Positions 31,301 to 38,467 of a stretch of 64,000 nt of DNA are shown here, piece after piece. Made by a program: the position numbers and the translations under genes. Each line of letters begins with the position of its first letter. Position 1 is the stretch's first letter. The DNA is from a virus: the IMG/VR virus record IMGVR_UViG_2854655614_000005; one strand, 5' to 3'. The notes beneath the pieces are model-generated. The model did no database searches and was not told the DNA's origin. It saw only the letters and a list, made by a program, of their open reading frames with translations.

Positions 31301-34300
31301 CGCCTGGCCCCAGAGGGAGGGGAAGGTTGTTTCCAGGTCACGGGAGGGGGTTAGAGAGAAGGTGAGTTCGGGGGTGAGGGCTTCCGAGGCTTTGCGGTTT
31401 TCCTCATTCTCCAGGGCGGCGGCTTCCTCTTCCGCGCGGGCGCGCTCCGCCTGCATGTCCAGGCGGTGGTCCCCTATGGGGTCAGGCGGGGTGTGGCCGT
31501 CCCAGGTGAGGGCGCGGACGCGGAGGTTTTCGTACAGGCCGATTTTTTCATACATGGCCTTGAGGAGTTCCAGCTCTTTCAGACGTTCGGCAGGGTCGGA
31601 GGAGAGGCCTGCGGTGATGCCTTCCGTGGCGAGGACACTGCCTTTTTTGGAGATGGTGCGCACGCCTTTGATGGCGTTGATGTGTTCGTTGATGGTCGTG
31701 ATGCAGAGGGAGACGTATTCCGCCGCCTTTTCCATGTCCGCCTCAAAGGATTCCCCGAAGGAGATGAGGCCCTGAACCATCTGGCCGTCCGCCGAGGCAT
31801 GGGCCATGAGTTGGATTTTTGCAGCGACGAATTCCAGGGATTTCCCCCTGGCGAGGTCGTTGGCCGCCGCCGTCTGCATGGCGTCGATGCGAGCCTTGTC
31901 CTGGATGTGCTGCGTCAGCAGGCAGATGGCTTCCGCGTCCTGCGCCCGGATGGCGCCGGACTTGAAGCGCGTCCAGAGGTCTTCCCGGGCTTCCCGCCCG
32001 ATGAGGAGTCCGCGGCGGGATTTGGTGCCGGAGCGGGTAAGGCCGCGGCGGGTCAATTCGTCGTCCGTGAGGCTGGTTTCCCTGACGTAAATGGCCGCCG
32101 TCAGCTCATCGGCTTGATCATCCTGCATGTTTTGCTCGTAGTCCAGGAGGCGCGCCCACTTGGCGTCATGGGCGGCGTCTTCTTCGTACACGTAGGCGGG
32201 GATGTTTTTTGTGCCGGTGCGCTGGGCGAGGTCGAGGCGGTGGCGCCCGGAGACGACTTCCAGCCTGCCGTTTTTCCGCTTCCAGACGTAGATGGGGGGA
32301 GCGTCCGCCCGGTAGTCTCCGACCAGGGGATTGACCACGCCTTTTTTGCCGGAGTTGACTTTGACCTGGGGGACTTCCGGGGAGAGGTGCAGCTTGTCCA
32401 CGGGGACCATGCCAAGCCAGGTTCCGGCGTCGGGATTCCATGCGGCGCCGTTGGCGAAGACGCCCTGCATGAAGGAGGGGGCCTCCGGCAGGGAGATTGT
32501 TTCGGGATGACGGTAGGCCTCCTTGGGCACGGAACGCTCCTTGCCTTTGTCCCCGGTGGTGATGTGCGCTTTTTCCTCCTCTGCGTCTTTTTGCTGCCGT
32601 TCCCGGATTTGTGAGGCGGTGGGCATGCCGGACGGGTCGCGTCCATCAATAATAGCGCGGGCGTCCATGACGGCCTGGATGTCCGCCTGTTCGATTTTGG
32701 CCAAGTCAAAGACGGTATGGACCTCATGGCCGAGGTCGCGCAGGATGTCGGCCATGTCCTGCGTGATGGTCCCGGCCTTGCGCCCGGCGTTGTAGGCCTG
32801 GCCGATGTGCAGAAGGTAGGCGGCGTCCCCCAGGGTGTTGACGTGGTACTGGAGGAGGTCTTTCTGCCACTGTGGCAGCGGCAGGGAGTCCGCATTGGAA
32901 AGCATGTCCGAGAGGGCGAGCTTGGACATGGCCTCGACGATCTGCATGTCCGAGAGTTCCCCCTTCGGCTCCACGAACTGCCCCTTGAAGCCGAGCTGCC
33001 GCATGGAGGCCTGGGTGTCGCGCAGCAGGGAGGCGATGGCCTGAAGGCGGACCGGGTCTTTGAGCGTGATCTTGCCGAGCTTCCACTCAAAGAGGTCTTC
33101 CAGCAGCTCACGGCTGCCGATGTTGCCACGGGTCAGAAGAAACAGGGTGTCCGCCGGAGTGGTGCCGGGAGCGGTACGCATTTTGAAGAGGCGCGTATAT
33201 TTAAAATTTTCCTCTCCCGTGGTTTTGGCCCCAATGCGGAGCCGCTGTCCGAATTCCTGGTCGAGGGCCATGATGGAACTGAGCGGGACGTAGGGGGACA
33301 GGGCCGCAAACGGGGTGGCGGCGGCCTCCTGCTCCGACATGCCCGAGTCCGTGCGGCGCCTGTATTCCTGGGTTGCGATGCGGGTGAGGTGGGTAAACGC
33401 CGTCTGGGACATGGCCCCGATGGCGCGTACAAATCCGCCAAGTGTGGTCAGGGAGGCTGCCGTTTCCGTTTCCGTTTTTTGCGCCGGGGCGGAGTCTGCG
33501 GCGGCAGTCTCCTGCGTGTCCGAGGAGGCGGGGGCCGGTTTTTCCTGCTGTGCGGGTGAGGGAGTGTCCTGGACGGGGGCTTCCGTTTGTGGCTGCCGGG
33601 GAGTGGAGGCGTTTTCTGCTTCCGGATTCCGCCCGTCTTTGTTGTTATCCTGTCCCCACTGGAGCATATCCTGGGCCTGGATCTCACCGGTGGCTTCCGC
33701 CGCCCGAAGAAAGGCGTTGGCGGCGAATTCGGATTGGGTGCGCCGGACTTCCATCTGTTCCGCCCGGCTGAAGTACTGGCCGAAGAGTGCGACGAGCTGG
33801 TCGCCCGTCATGTCCTGGGTGAATTTTTTCTTACCGGAATCGCGGTCGTAAACAGTAACGGCATAGGTGCCGGGCTTGTCCAGGCGTTCCTCCACTGTGG
33901 GAAGGTTGTACTGTTTCTGGAAGTATTTATAGGCCTCGGATTCGATGGTGGCCTGGACTTCTCCCAGATGGCGGAAGGCGGCCATGCCCGCCTTGGCATT
34001 TTTGAGAGCCTGGTCATGGTTTTCCCAGGCTTTGCCCCGCGCCTGCCGGGCGGCGGCGATGCGCTCCTTGTCGTTTTCAATGGCGGCGATGCGCCGGGCT
34101 TCCTCCTTCGGGATGCCCTGGGTCATGAGCATTTCCTCGTTTTTGGAGTAGGTGATGAGGGAGCGGTGGAGGGAGGGGGCCTGCATTCCGGCCAGGCCGC
34201 CGACGAAGAGGGCGGTTGCGGCAAACTGGTCGGGCGAGAGCATGCCCTGGAGTTCCTGCCAGTAGTTGTTCCAGTCGTAGTTCCCGCCGACATTGAGATT

Positions 34301-36022
34301 GACGAGGGGGGCCAGGTTGTTGCGGACAACCCACTGGATAATGGCCTCGGCGGTGGGCTCCGCGACGGTTTCCTCCGCGATCCCGACCCCGGTCTCAAAA
34401 AGGACGTGCTTCCAGAGCGAATCCGTGAGGGCCTGCCGGGTTTTGTTCATGAAGGGGAGCTTGCCCATGAGCCAACCCGCGCCGGAGAGGCGCCCTATTC
34501 CCCCGTAGGAGATTTTTTCCACGGCGACGGAAGCGGCGGCGTCTATGAAGGCGGACCATTCTGCCGTGCCGGGGGCCAGCCCTGCGTAGTAGGCGCGGTT
34601 GCGCTTATCATCAAAAGCCTCAGCCAAGGCGACTCCCCAGCCCGCATACGGAATAAAGAAGGGGAGAGTCTGCCCGGTGACGCTGCCCAGGCAGTTGACC
34701 GTGCGGGCGGCGAAAGAGGCCCGGTCGTTGGCCTGGTTGCCGAGGTCCTGCCCGGTGGAGAGAAGGCCCAGCACGCGGGCGTTTTCTTTGTCGTTTTTGA
34801 CGTAGGTTTCGTAGTCCCGGACGGTTTGGGCCATGAGGCCGAACACCTGCTTATTGTGTTCCCTGGCAAAAGGGACGAGGAGGTCCTGCTGGCCGGAGAG
34901 CTGGAGGGCGGTTCCCAGGGTGGCGTCCCTCTTGATCGCGGGATTGAATAGCGCAATCTTGAGATTGTGGAGGAATTGGTACTTGTCTCCCGTTTCTTCC
35001 TTGACTTGTCCCATGAGGTTTTTAAGGGAACCCTCAAAAAGCTGAAAGGCCGTCTCGTTGATCATGAGCTTCCCGGAACCGTCGTCATCCGAGAGGGCGG
35101 AGGTGATCTTCATGGCGGTGCGTTCCGAGACCATGCGGCGCAGGCCCGCGTCCGGAGTGTCTGAGAAGGCCTGTTTCAAGAAGGAGAAGGCGGCGTGGGC
35201 TTTTTCGATAGCGGTAGTGTCAAATTCCTTTTGGTAGACGCCGAGCTGTTCCGGCGTCAGGCGGGCGGTCAGGTCGGAAGGAGACCAGAGTCCACTCACC
35301 ACATGCGCCACGGCTTCCTCAACTTGCGCCCTGTTGTTCTGGTAGGCGGCGCGCCTCTTCCTGTTCTCCTCATACTGGTTGTCCACCACCTTGGAATAGT
35401 GGTCGTACACGGCGGCATAGGCCTCCTGCCGGGTGGCGGCCTCCGGAAGTTTTTCTTTCAGGGCCAGGAAGTAGAACCCGGGTTCCCCGGCATATTTCTC
35501 CCCCGCTATTTCCCGGAGGATCTGCTGGCCGAGCAGGGCGCGGGCGGGCATGGAGCCGTCATCCAGAGCGGCCTGGGCGCGGAACGCGGGATTGCGCTCC
35601 AGCAGGGCGGCAAGCTCCGGGTCCTGTTTGTTGTGGAGGATGAGGGCGTGGAGTTCTTCAATCCGCTGCGGGTCGGGCTTGTAGGCCGAAACGGACGGAG
35701 CGGACGAGGGGAGGAGAGGACGCGTCAGGGGGGAATCGAACAGGGAACGGGGATGAGCGGGGGAAAGAGGCGTGGCCGCCTGACGGGGAAACGCGGAGAG
35801 GAGGGAGTTTTCCCGGTCTTTTGCGTCCGTCGCGTCCTGGACGTTCCCGAAGGCTCCGAGGAGGGGGGACGTTTGCTGGGCTTCCGCTCCGGGAGAGAGG
35901 AGGAACGAGGCGCGGGAGTCCGGTGCAGGGGGCGGCCCGGAGGCGGCCTCCGCGGAGTCTTGTGTTCCGGAGGGAGAGGGTGGCGGAACGTCTTTCCAGG
36001 CTTCTGTGAGGTTCAGGGACAT
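19340..36022 (-). CDS. Giant (5,560 aa) large polyvalent protein, probable DNA-co-ejected internal virion protein
   Basis: Follows internal-virion-like genes; ParB-like domain (PPIYVW...VVSGRHRL), five ART-PolyVal-like modules (NGEPxxxYHG...QIKSAxxNxGxFD), two 'AIHxLxEEK...LGGxPxPxI' modules, an LPD3-like module, and an LPD23-like module with zincin HEIQH; start taken at MSLNLTEAW. Confidence 0.85.
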   Translation of the reverse strand: MSLNLTEAWKDVPPPSPSGTQDSAEAASGPPPAPDSRASFLLSPGAEAQQTSPLLGAFGNVQDATDAKDRENSLLSAFPRQAATPLSPAHPRSLFDSPLTRPLLPSSAPSVSAYKPDPQRIEELHALILHNKQDPELAALLERNPAFRAQAALDDGSMPARALLGQQILREIAGEKYAGEPGFYFLALKEKLPEAATRQEAYAAVYDHYSKVVDNQYEENRKRRAAYQNNRAQVEEAVAHVVSGLWSPSDLTARLTPEQLGVYQKEFDTTAIEKAHAAFSFLKQAFSDTPDAGLRRMVSERTAMKITSALSDDDGSGKLMINETAFQLFEGSLKNLMGQVKEETGDKYQFLHNLKIALFNPAIKRDATLGTALQLSGQQDLLVPFAREHNKQVFGLMAQTVRDYETYVKNDKENARVLGLLSTGQDLGNQANDRASFAARTVNCLGSVTGQTLPFFIPYAGWGVALAEAFDDKRNRAYYAGLAPGTAEWSAFIDAAASVAVEKISYGGIGRLSGAGWLMGKLPFMNKTRQALTDSLWKHVLFETGVGIAEETVAEPTAEAIIQWVVRNNLAPLVNLNVGGNYDWNNYWQELQGMLSPDQFAATALFVGGLAGMQAPSLHRSLITYSKNEEMLMTQGIPKEEARRIAAIENDKERIAAARQARGKAWENHDQALKNAKAGMAAFRHLGEVQATIESEAYKYFQKQYNLPTVEERLDKPGTYAVTVYDRDSGKKKFTQDMTGDQLVALFGQYFSRAEQMEVRRTQSEFAANAFLRAAEATGEIQAQDMLQWGQDNNKDGRNPEAENASTPRQPQTEAPVQDTPSPAQQEKPAPASSDTQETAAADSAPAQKTETETAASLTTLGGFVRAIGAMSQTAFTHLTRIATQEYRRRTDSGMSEQEAAATPFAALSPYVPLSSIMALDQEFGQRLRIGAKTTGEENFKYTRLFKMRTAPGTTPADTLFLLTRGNIGSRELLEDLFEWKLGKITLKDPVRLQAIASLLRDTQASMRQLGFKGQFVEPKGELSDMQIVEAMSKLALSDMLSNADSLPLPQWQKDLLQYHVNTLGDAAYLLHIGQAYNAGRKAGTITQDMADILRDLGHEVHTVFDLAKIEQADIQAVMDARAIIDGRDPSGMPTASQIRERQQKDAEEEKAHITTGDKGKERSVPKEAYRHPETISLPEAPSFMQGVFANGAAWNPDAGTWLGMVPVDKLHLSPEVPQVKVNSGKKGVVNPLVGDYRADAPPIYVWKRKNGRLEVVSGRHRLDLAQRTGTKNIPAYVYEEDAAHDAKWARLLDYEQNMQDDQADELTAAIYVRETSLTDDELTRRGLTRSGTKSRRGLLIGREAREDLWTRFKSGAIRAQDAEAICLLTQHIQDKARIDAMQTAAANDLARGKSLEFVAAKIQLMAHASADGQMVQGLISFGESFEADMEKAAEYVSLCITTINEHINAIKGVRTISKKGSVLATEGITAGLSSDPAERLKELELLKAMYEKIGLYENLRVRALTWDGHTPPDPIGDHRLDMQAERARAEEEAAALENEENRKASEALTPELTFSLTPSRDLETTFPSLWGQAARELNARGQVSFSLNGSHVAIHTLSEEKMRHVLELGGMPNPAIQIADLDSGPTYYAEIACILHPDRIDPVKTPGARIWRGDAWTRQMPEKTSEDGDPWEGYEHGPKEIPWFYNEHGDLREWNRENLDAYMKAKHLGSFLPHNMTPDEVLDNYGTDGAALPIIMASQAYAAEFPSLKEALRTDNLSFQLDRHEAETATRQLEDQFKTLLGSCYFEPRSLQHFLIGYWWQDISHENVRNALIGEGLLDDPDTVYDEEENPEEYNDLQSFNDDIAEEVRAFLDACRTSAKIYYEAAPGGWLFPSDFSGFILPSSLEPSLRSELEKYNVPIHTYDLTEQEALTLGNPWTLAKASWLREEVDERRNEAIRSFLEVHDISFSLSGAEERDDPSAFLPHSSPSPDFPLALSPVRLSSSFHAVEQASPVTLAIPASAREDKTQGFSKLARQAFTALREKTRQRTLFANGREKTSEQLKPPLLMPDGRRIYLSNRGWKHIMATSPETRTLAAIGALEPLLASARYMYSVPEFDNASPDQTKSWHYYLAKIRDSLHGPGYVLFTFREDTRGCYLEGVETAAAATLDKTGSASSQVDFGATRRATGRSLPVRTLLSLKQFVNFIDKGGAEAFRAPNGQPSLLAPDQWHLVRTAPFMRYFGDWLRDPSASSVVLDDNGEPRVCYRGLKQSYNPGVRRNYTWISSSRELSEQYAAGGTVLDLFVATRRPFHFPDSLTRQSPEHFRENIRRQLEQDRALGFFSEEQLQEATRKLETLLQGTEETEAFKIWERHRELKDILSSLGYDSVMTEESGVMTYGLFRPGQAKSAVGNCGSYDITLSDITFALTPREQRTAAQALVEDTFLRAPDGTPTALTERQWLQVNSAAFKKWFGQSKVVNAHGEPVIVYHGTARKDRVGTVFRPERATSGPMAFFTDSPEIASNYSRNKTDTSIDYEEEDYHDYHRQFRVTLPSGRDIPLERYWNYLSPEERQRIARTAGHIRTDWEGDDSIILDPSTDEANGGFRFHLQEARGNALRALVYHWLDSATLFGQEARFLDVLSKLDLPIAPWYRDPDYTEPGVYACYLHMEHPFRTNGITGKILTSLKAASQKAGNPAQKGGLLSWSKNDLAPETWIDILEEDVKNGTTYAWTTIPDWVTACLKRLGYDGIIDQGGKFHSDIHTVYIPFSPYQLKSATDNNGSFDSGNPDITFALSPEERLITEQAKADGTWLQAPNGQPSLLEPKLWATVRTRAFRDWFGDWLHAPEQSSRVVDVNGEPLPVYHGSHRAGFTIFDTALGENPSQFGTPDDCYFFSDSRQVAITYCKLEDPASAREAELPPLSVLAGQRTLFPAVYTCFINIRLPLEADFQGNYWDGRDAEDTSGEGDVPTTNTIALEAREQGYDAAIIRNVIDMGDDASYHLPSTVYSVFDPSQIKSAYANRGTFDSGNPDITFSLWDDAEDSYTVMERSASPLTAEEQSILARARDAGNDLLAPNGQPTRLTEKQWAQARTKAFLAWFGDWLHDPANASKTLDENGEPIVLYHGGSFDIRRSPSVFDGVPHVDGIFFSDSTDLAKSYQAYQGGGITTAWLNLKNPFLAQDEASARLPWVDKYIDYWQEEEGWTDRYSGESMDRESVRDMIREGSLYEYDMGQRWSDFLGWVREHHDGYLGHDPTDMGALIAVAFKSTQVKSSEYNSGAFSASEPDITFSLSNLAAIHSLDEEKFLAVDKLGGLPLPSIAVTRLDRPYTWGGEGNIYLVGSPALADPARGVEIHDRDAWSGYFPKLRWSRQEEKEREDFYKQAQEAALRYYGGTDISSLRFLKNALDGDHRGELENKLRHNDFSLAVFAAERGYSPRPVTAKIPGRLNTGDKIFYAEIRKMLPWKDANTLSPDRQDDFCKAMERAIERYRSQFSQDSRDAQLTVPQTLIRKSNLRGMEKELREARGDGFQSISYLALQDARQAGKKALDSHANYKRFEKYAAQHKKAFNAWVEDKLARWLNPVPRIRETGLPATLENITRHMLESKGMGAERGLVFSTGLLRARQARRFNSLEEIKASRNNLVITEEEKASRKKAQDLIHQFQMALSRIDGSFSAFDNAVKALSLVRGAPTPQKVLAALCRLYRGTSFQGRIARDSRLPGLGSAALSALHAELRDYYEAVPRRSVQLREFSHAVLPAALRKNKQVRDVLKRHQIRPLYHDGTREGRFQALASLIGSSASFSLAPGPSWLRLPDSDYMASLSEEERAITETALASGTWLKAPNGEPSRLTPRQWAQVRTAAFHDWFGDWQHDPAHASLVVDENGEPRVVYHGTRESNDFTVFDSAKIGDNWGPGYYGNGFYFSDNRKAAYHYGHKELTCFLNIRHPYLSPRYNHAGEKRFTKILKKKGYDGVIAENALRDVYDWEIAEGREYVVFEPSQIKSATDNIGTFDPSSPDITFSIIGPHAATWEQYKKNTFRGRDDGMYRAEIDASQATLKGRAAPYLPTLRRELSALRHTLSAETKKRIARYLSLHRQFYRNKRTLRPENNISKWREYLTLDHDRESWGRLLSAAVLRTGLYSTSPLAASGLAEQVSSLELLLREDDGLLQSLATLAAANTALPLDAWLDYPELFAAYPALRSMPVILQHLSGYLGMYSPAERAIYIHRNLDAPQQLRSILLHEIQHAIQHIEGFAKGGTRESAKLFYESMREVAYEAYDQASRFMSWLNARDGMISTLEYMLSLARNPRRVLRTSYRYSYDGISHRLTGEERILDMARYALKDLSGLLEQFYDKSWSTDSQFELPWPGNYALNTPAGIKECLAAAKATPSRRLAYRRTPKPDMAALHRDFLKYERLSSLSPYELYRRLAGEIEACAVERRSGLSAGERAESPFNDALEYPGDALVSFSLTSLEEIVSGLAAPSMQATRASELVKDFGKAAENWRRVMSGKEEKPSARVGAELFGMINALLSSARYVLPQGYRSNVDLQMQWASVYAAMAESGEIPPKGTLRSGDSFYKKFETSMINATTSAATPEEIRQILVSISSQRLDHVMSKVLDRVRTQLVYFAKDELYQKTMRRVEAVYPKKEPGKKSPRGRLEAAAYRTLARYRQMLDAQSQAKAEAMTTLEALYNQEEDEEKRQEHERDILAWKTYGDYAGMSLPQAREAMEKLLEFILSGRNSWERKLTREAGRIKYAARQIQKNLPAVNSGSSRAGAKISHRTKLRKLLSSLPYSVMSYAQLMLALEPVLGQHFSRARIKEITEANASLLNASNDRSAWLSDTIRRIAGVKSESAAEQWLVQFNTPQATGIPIAPVLSVKVSLSIEDAQEWLSLSSQEREARRQAIREEDRRTETLTENVPGEEDIPLLRQALDEYESRTPEQRQYQHNVTSKREVPNTEAASQLICSRDCALYAILLHEQPDYADVYDSEGNLIRKGFLRREGLDDKGIGDLYDYVGPDGLEYGYALRRKLNETGLTLAQVYEERMGVPFTLKPDYFRATFDRNSTREKDALTEPKTGSIGGGKYGLLIDRVVHSENLDFSKSGTLVFLAAAAEQDNYIYTSHITTAWRALLKNKPLEQKLKQHLGEDMMGKLSSWMDLIDGASLENNRAFLNLSRMQGMLQKAFAISVLAGNGYVLLKQATAILHGFFAGWVPSAILEKADGTRELAHKHISFSSFLFHLAASKLGLGDIAMKEVAATPYFTARMRGEGAMLAQIGNQMPGQRYSRMEKLPEKSMDLIEAVDVKANLLAMHALANAYYARSRSLNRENGSPFTDEELRQAALEQVGMSLELGAQPLTKTQKSMSQAAGGILSKLAFVMKSEQLNKIGLMAAEWKTGSARNRVCAAQSWLALGVTSSLLAWFIAWIKGMEDDDDDKEKKWKKYAASALLGDLTTIPLAGEGVNYLSSLFTGEPVFADSYSRTLIDVQGAARTVKKEYEHLADKKEMDWDQHFNNLTSLARAAGVGGAFSRSPSAVLSSYGALSLSAATGANISRTAKDLLTRLFGTPEEDRKKKKKKHKRKPKK
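22688..31370 (-). repeat. Dispersed module-junction motif encoding (D)I(T/S)F(S/A)L within the giant gene
   Basis: Plus strand GAAGGTGATGTC at 24032, 26219, 26984, 27710 and 28808; variants near 22693, 24686, 30176, 31263 and 31358; a 27-bp perfect repeat at 26984-27010 and 27710-27736. Confidence 0.85.
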
Positions 36023-36041
36023 GAATGAAAGGTGGCGAACA

Positions 36042-38096
36042 TTAGAGAGGAGGCAGAAGACCCGCTTCACTGGCGGGAGTGGCGGTTTCCGGCTCTTCTT
36101 CCCCTTCCAGGGGGAGGAGGCCGTCGTCCGGTGAAGGGGAGGAAGCGTTGAACGGCGGCGGCAGGGAGGGAGCTTCTTTTTTCCTCTTCTTTCCTTCCAC
36201 GTACTTTCCGCGTTCTTCGGCGGTAAGTATCTTGCTCTCTTCAGGGCGGCGGAAGCGCACCTCAAGCCCGTCAACGCGCCCTACGACGCCAAGCTGGCCG
36301 TGGCGCGCGCCGCGCGTGAGAAGAACCCCTTCCCCTTCGTGCCAGCCCAGGACAGGTACGCGGCAGCAGGCGCGACGGGAGCCGATGCCGGGAAGGACGC
36401 CAATGAGTTCCGGCTTGTCTCCATAATATTCGATGACTTTTTCATAGTCCGCCCTGGAGAGGTAGGCTCCCGGCTGCTCTTCCGGGATGGGGCGGATGTC
36501 CGTCGCCATGACGGCGGGGAGAGTGGGAGAGACTGTCTCTGTTTTTGCCTGCTGGGCGGTAGAGATGGACTGAGCGCGTTTTTCGCGGTGGGTTTTGTTG
36601 CGTTCCGCCTGGAGTTGGAGCGTCTCCTGGGCCTGTTGCTGAGTGCCATCGCCGTAGGTGTGCTCCATATACTTGAACATGAGATCGTCCCGGGAGACGG
36701 CGTTTTCATCGTCCAGGCGGGAGGCGCTGGAAGCGATCAGGGCGCATGCCTGGCGGTATTGCTCATAGTAGGTACTCTTCGGGTGGCTCTGGCGCCAGAA
36801 AAGGTAGGCCGTGTAGGCGTCATGGCGGATTTGTCCGGCCCTGGCAAGGTATTCCTGGGCGGCGGAGCCTTCTTTTTCCTGGCGTCCCTTGTCCGTCCAG
36901 TACCAGGTCTCAGCCTTGTCCCGCCAACGCTGGTAGTAGACGGGGGCGATGTCTTTGGGATCGACAGCCTGAAAGAATTCGGAGGCGTTGAGGTTGTCCT
37001 GAGCGGAGGAAAGGGAGAGCATGCTGGCAATCCTCTCTTCCGCGGCCAGGGACAGGAGCTCCGGATTGACGTCAAAGCCCGTCTTTTCATCGCACCATGT
37101 ATGGATGAGGTTGTTCTTCCATGCGTTATACTGCGCGGCGGTTTTAAGGACGGGGGCGTTGTAGACATCCTCCTGCCAGGCGGCGTCGATTTCCGGCTTG
37201 TACTTGTGGAGCATCCCGAGGTTTTTTGCCTGGCGCCAGGCGACCATTTGCTCGGTGTCTCCGGGCTGGCGGTCGAATTTGGGACGGACGGAGACGCCTT
37301 TTTCCAGAAGTTTCCTTTCCTCTTCGGTGAAGGGGATTTGGCGCACTTGCTGGCGCAGGGCGGTTTGCAGTTCCCGTTCCAGCTTGCGGCGGGTGTCCGG
37401 GGCGATGTCGTCGTAGAGGCCGTCCTCGTACTGGGCGGCGGTGGCGAGAGGGTTTTCCTGGAGGTTGGACTTGAACTGCTCGATGCGGTCAAGCTGGTTG
37501 TATTTCCAATCCTCATATTCGTACTGGTTCTGGGAGATGACCTGGTTCTGGCGGGCGCGGCGTGTAATGTCTCGGGCCGAGGCGTAGTCCTTGCGGTCCA
37601 GGGCGGTCTGGAGGTTGTTCTGGTAGGCCTGGCGGGAGGTCTGGATTTCATGTTCCGCCGCCTTGCCGAAGGCGCGGATGCCGAGCTGCTGGCGGGTGTG
37701 TTGCAGGAGGGCTTCCGTCCGGAGGCGGGAGTCCGGGCTGATGTAGCCGGGACGGATGTCTGCGAGCTGGTTGGAGTAGTCTTTTACCAGGGAGTCCAGG
37801 TGGCCGCGGTGGAGGCGGCCGTTTTCATCGTACAGGGCTTCTTCCGTTCCCGGCGCCAGGGAGGCGCGGCGGGTGAATTCTTCATCGAAGTCAGAGGTTG
37901 TCTGATGGATCAGTCCCTCAATGCGCTGGTCTTCCCCGAAGTCCTGGATGGCCTCGAATTTGCCGATGGCTGCGTCCAGAGCTTGTGCTCCGCGCTGAAT
38001 GGCCTGCCGGGACGCCTCCCCGGCAAGGGTGGGCACGGGAACGGGCTGGGGCTGGGAAAGGCTGGCGCGCGCGCCCTGGTAGAGGGGAGAGTCCAT
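36042..38096 (-). CDS. Probable internal virion (ejection) protein
   Basis: Helical Q/A/E-rich 684-aa protein between a gp14-like gene and the giant gene; start MDSPLYQG; assigned by synteny. Confidence 0.55.
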   Translation of the reverse strand: MDSPLYQGARASLSQPQPVPVPTLAGEASRQAIQRGAQALDAAIGKFEAIQDFGEDQRIEGLIHQTTSDFDEEFTRRASLAPGTEEALYDENGRLHRGHLDSLVKDYSNQLADIRPGYISPDSRLRTEALLQHTRQQLGIRAFGKAAEHEIQTSRQAYQNNLQTALDRKDYASARDITRRARQNQVISQNQYEYEDWKYNQLDRIEQFKSNLQENPLATAAQYEDGLYDDIAPDTRRKLERELQTALRQQVRQIPFTEEERKLLEKGVSVRPKFDRQPGDTEQMVAWRQAKNLGMLHKYKPEIDAAWQEDVYNAPVLKTAAQYNAWKNNLIHTWCDEKTGFDVNPELLSLAAEERIASMLSLSSAQDNLNASEFFQAVDPKDIAPVYYQRWRDKAETWYWTDKGRQEKEGSAAQEYLARAGQIRHDAYTAYLFWRQSHPKSTYYEQYRQACALIASSASRLDDENAVSRDDLMFKYMEHTYGDGTQQQAQETLQLQAERNKTHREKRAQSISTAQQAKTETVSPTLPAVMATDIRPIPEEQPGAYLSRADYEKVIEYYGDKPELIGVLPGIGSRRACCRVPVLGWHEGEGVLLTRGARHGQLGVVGRVDGLEVRFRRPEESKILTAEERGKYVEGKKRKKEAPSLPPPFNASSPSPDDGLLPLEGEEEPETATPASEAGLLPPL

Positions 38097-38128
38097 GCGG
38101 GGGAGAGGGGGAAAAGTGAAAGGGGCTG

Positions 38129-38467
38129 TCAGGAAAGCCTCCGGGCGAGGGAGGATTTGGCAAGGAAGCGGTCGATGGGAAAGCAGTGTTCCCCGTAGTT
38201 GTTTTTGAAGTCTCGGCGGAAGCGGACGTGGGTGAACTGAGGGCGGTACATGCGGGCCAGGCGCCAGAGGGCGGAGAGGCGGGAACACTGGAAGATGATG
38301 TGGACGGTACGGGGGGATTCCTCATCCGGAACGGCCAGGCAGAAGCAGTCCGGAGCGGCGTGGATGATCCCGTCGTGTTCCAGGGTGTAGCGGATGAGGG
38401 AGGCGTAGGAACCGGGGGCGATTTGCTCCAGGTACTCGTAGGCCAGGGTGGTGCGGTTGTCGGTCAT
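38129..38467 (-). CDS. Small phage protein in the T7 gp13-like position
   Basis: MTDNRTTLAYEYLE; its ATG overlaps the upstream stop codon (ATGA). Confidence 0.55.
   Translation of the reverse strand: MTDNRTTLAYEYLEQIAPGSYASLIRYTLEHDGIIHAAPDCFCLAVPDEESPRTVHIIFQCSRLSALWRLARMYRPQFTHVRFRRDFKNNYGEHCFPIDRFLAKSSLARRLS

Noticed and set aside
36023..36274. 84-codon N-terminal extension of the giant ORF
   Set aside because: It overlaps the upstream gene on the same strand; the ATG at 36022 fits operon spacing better
20159..38198. Long plus-strand ORFs such as 22874..26287 (1137 aa), 20159..22846 and 36300..38198
   Set aside because: Antisense shadows of GC-rich minus-strand genes with no recognisable motifs
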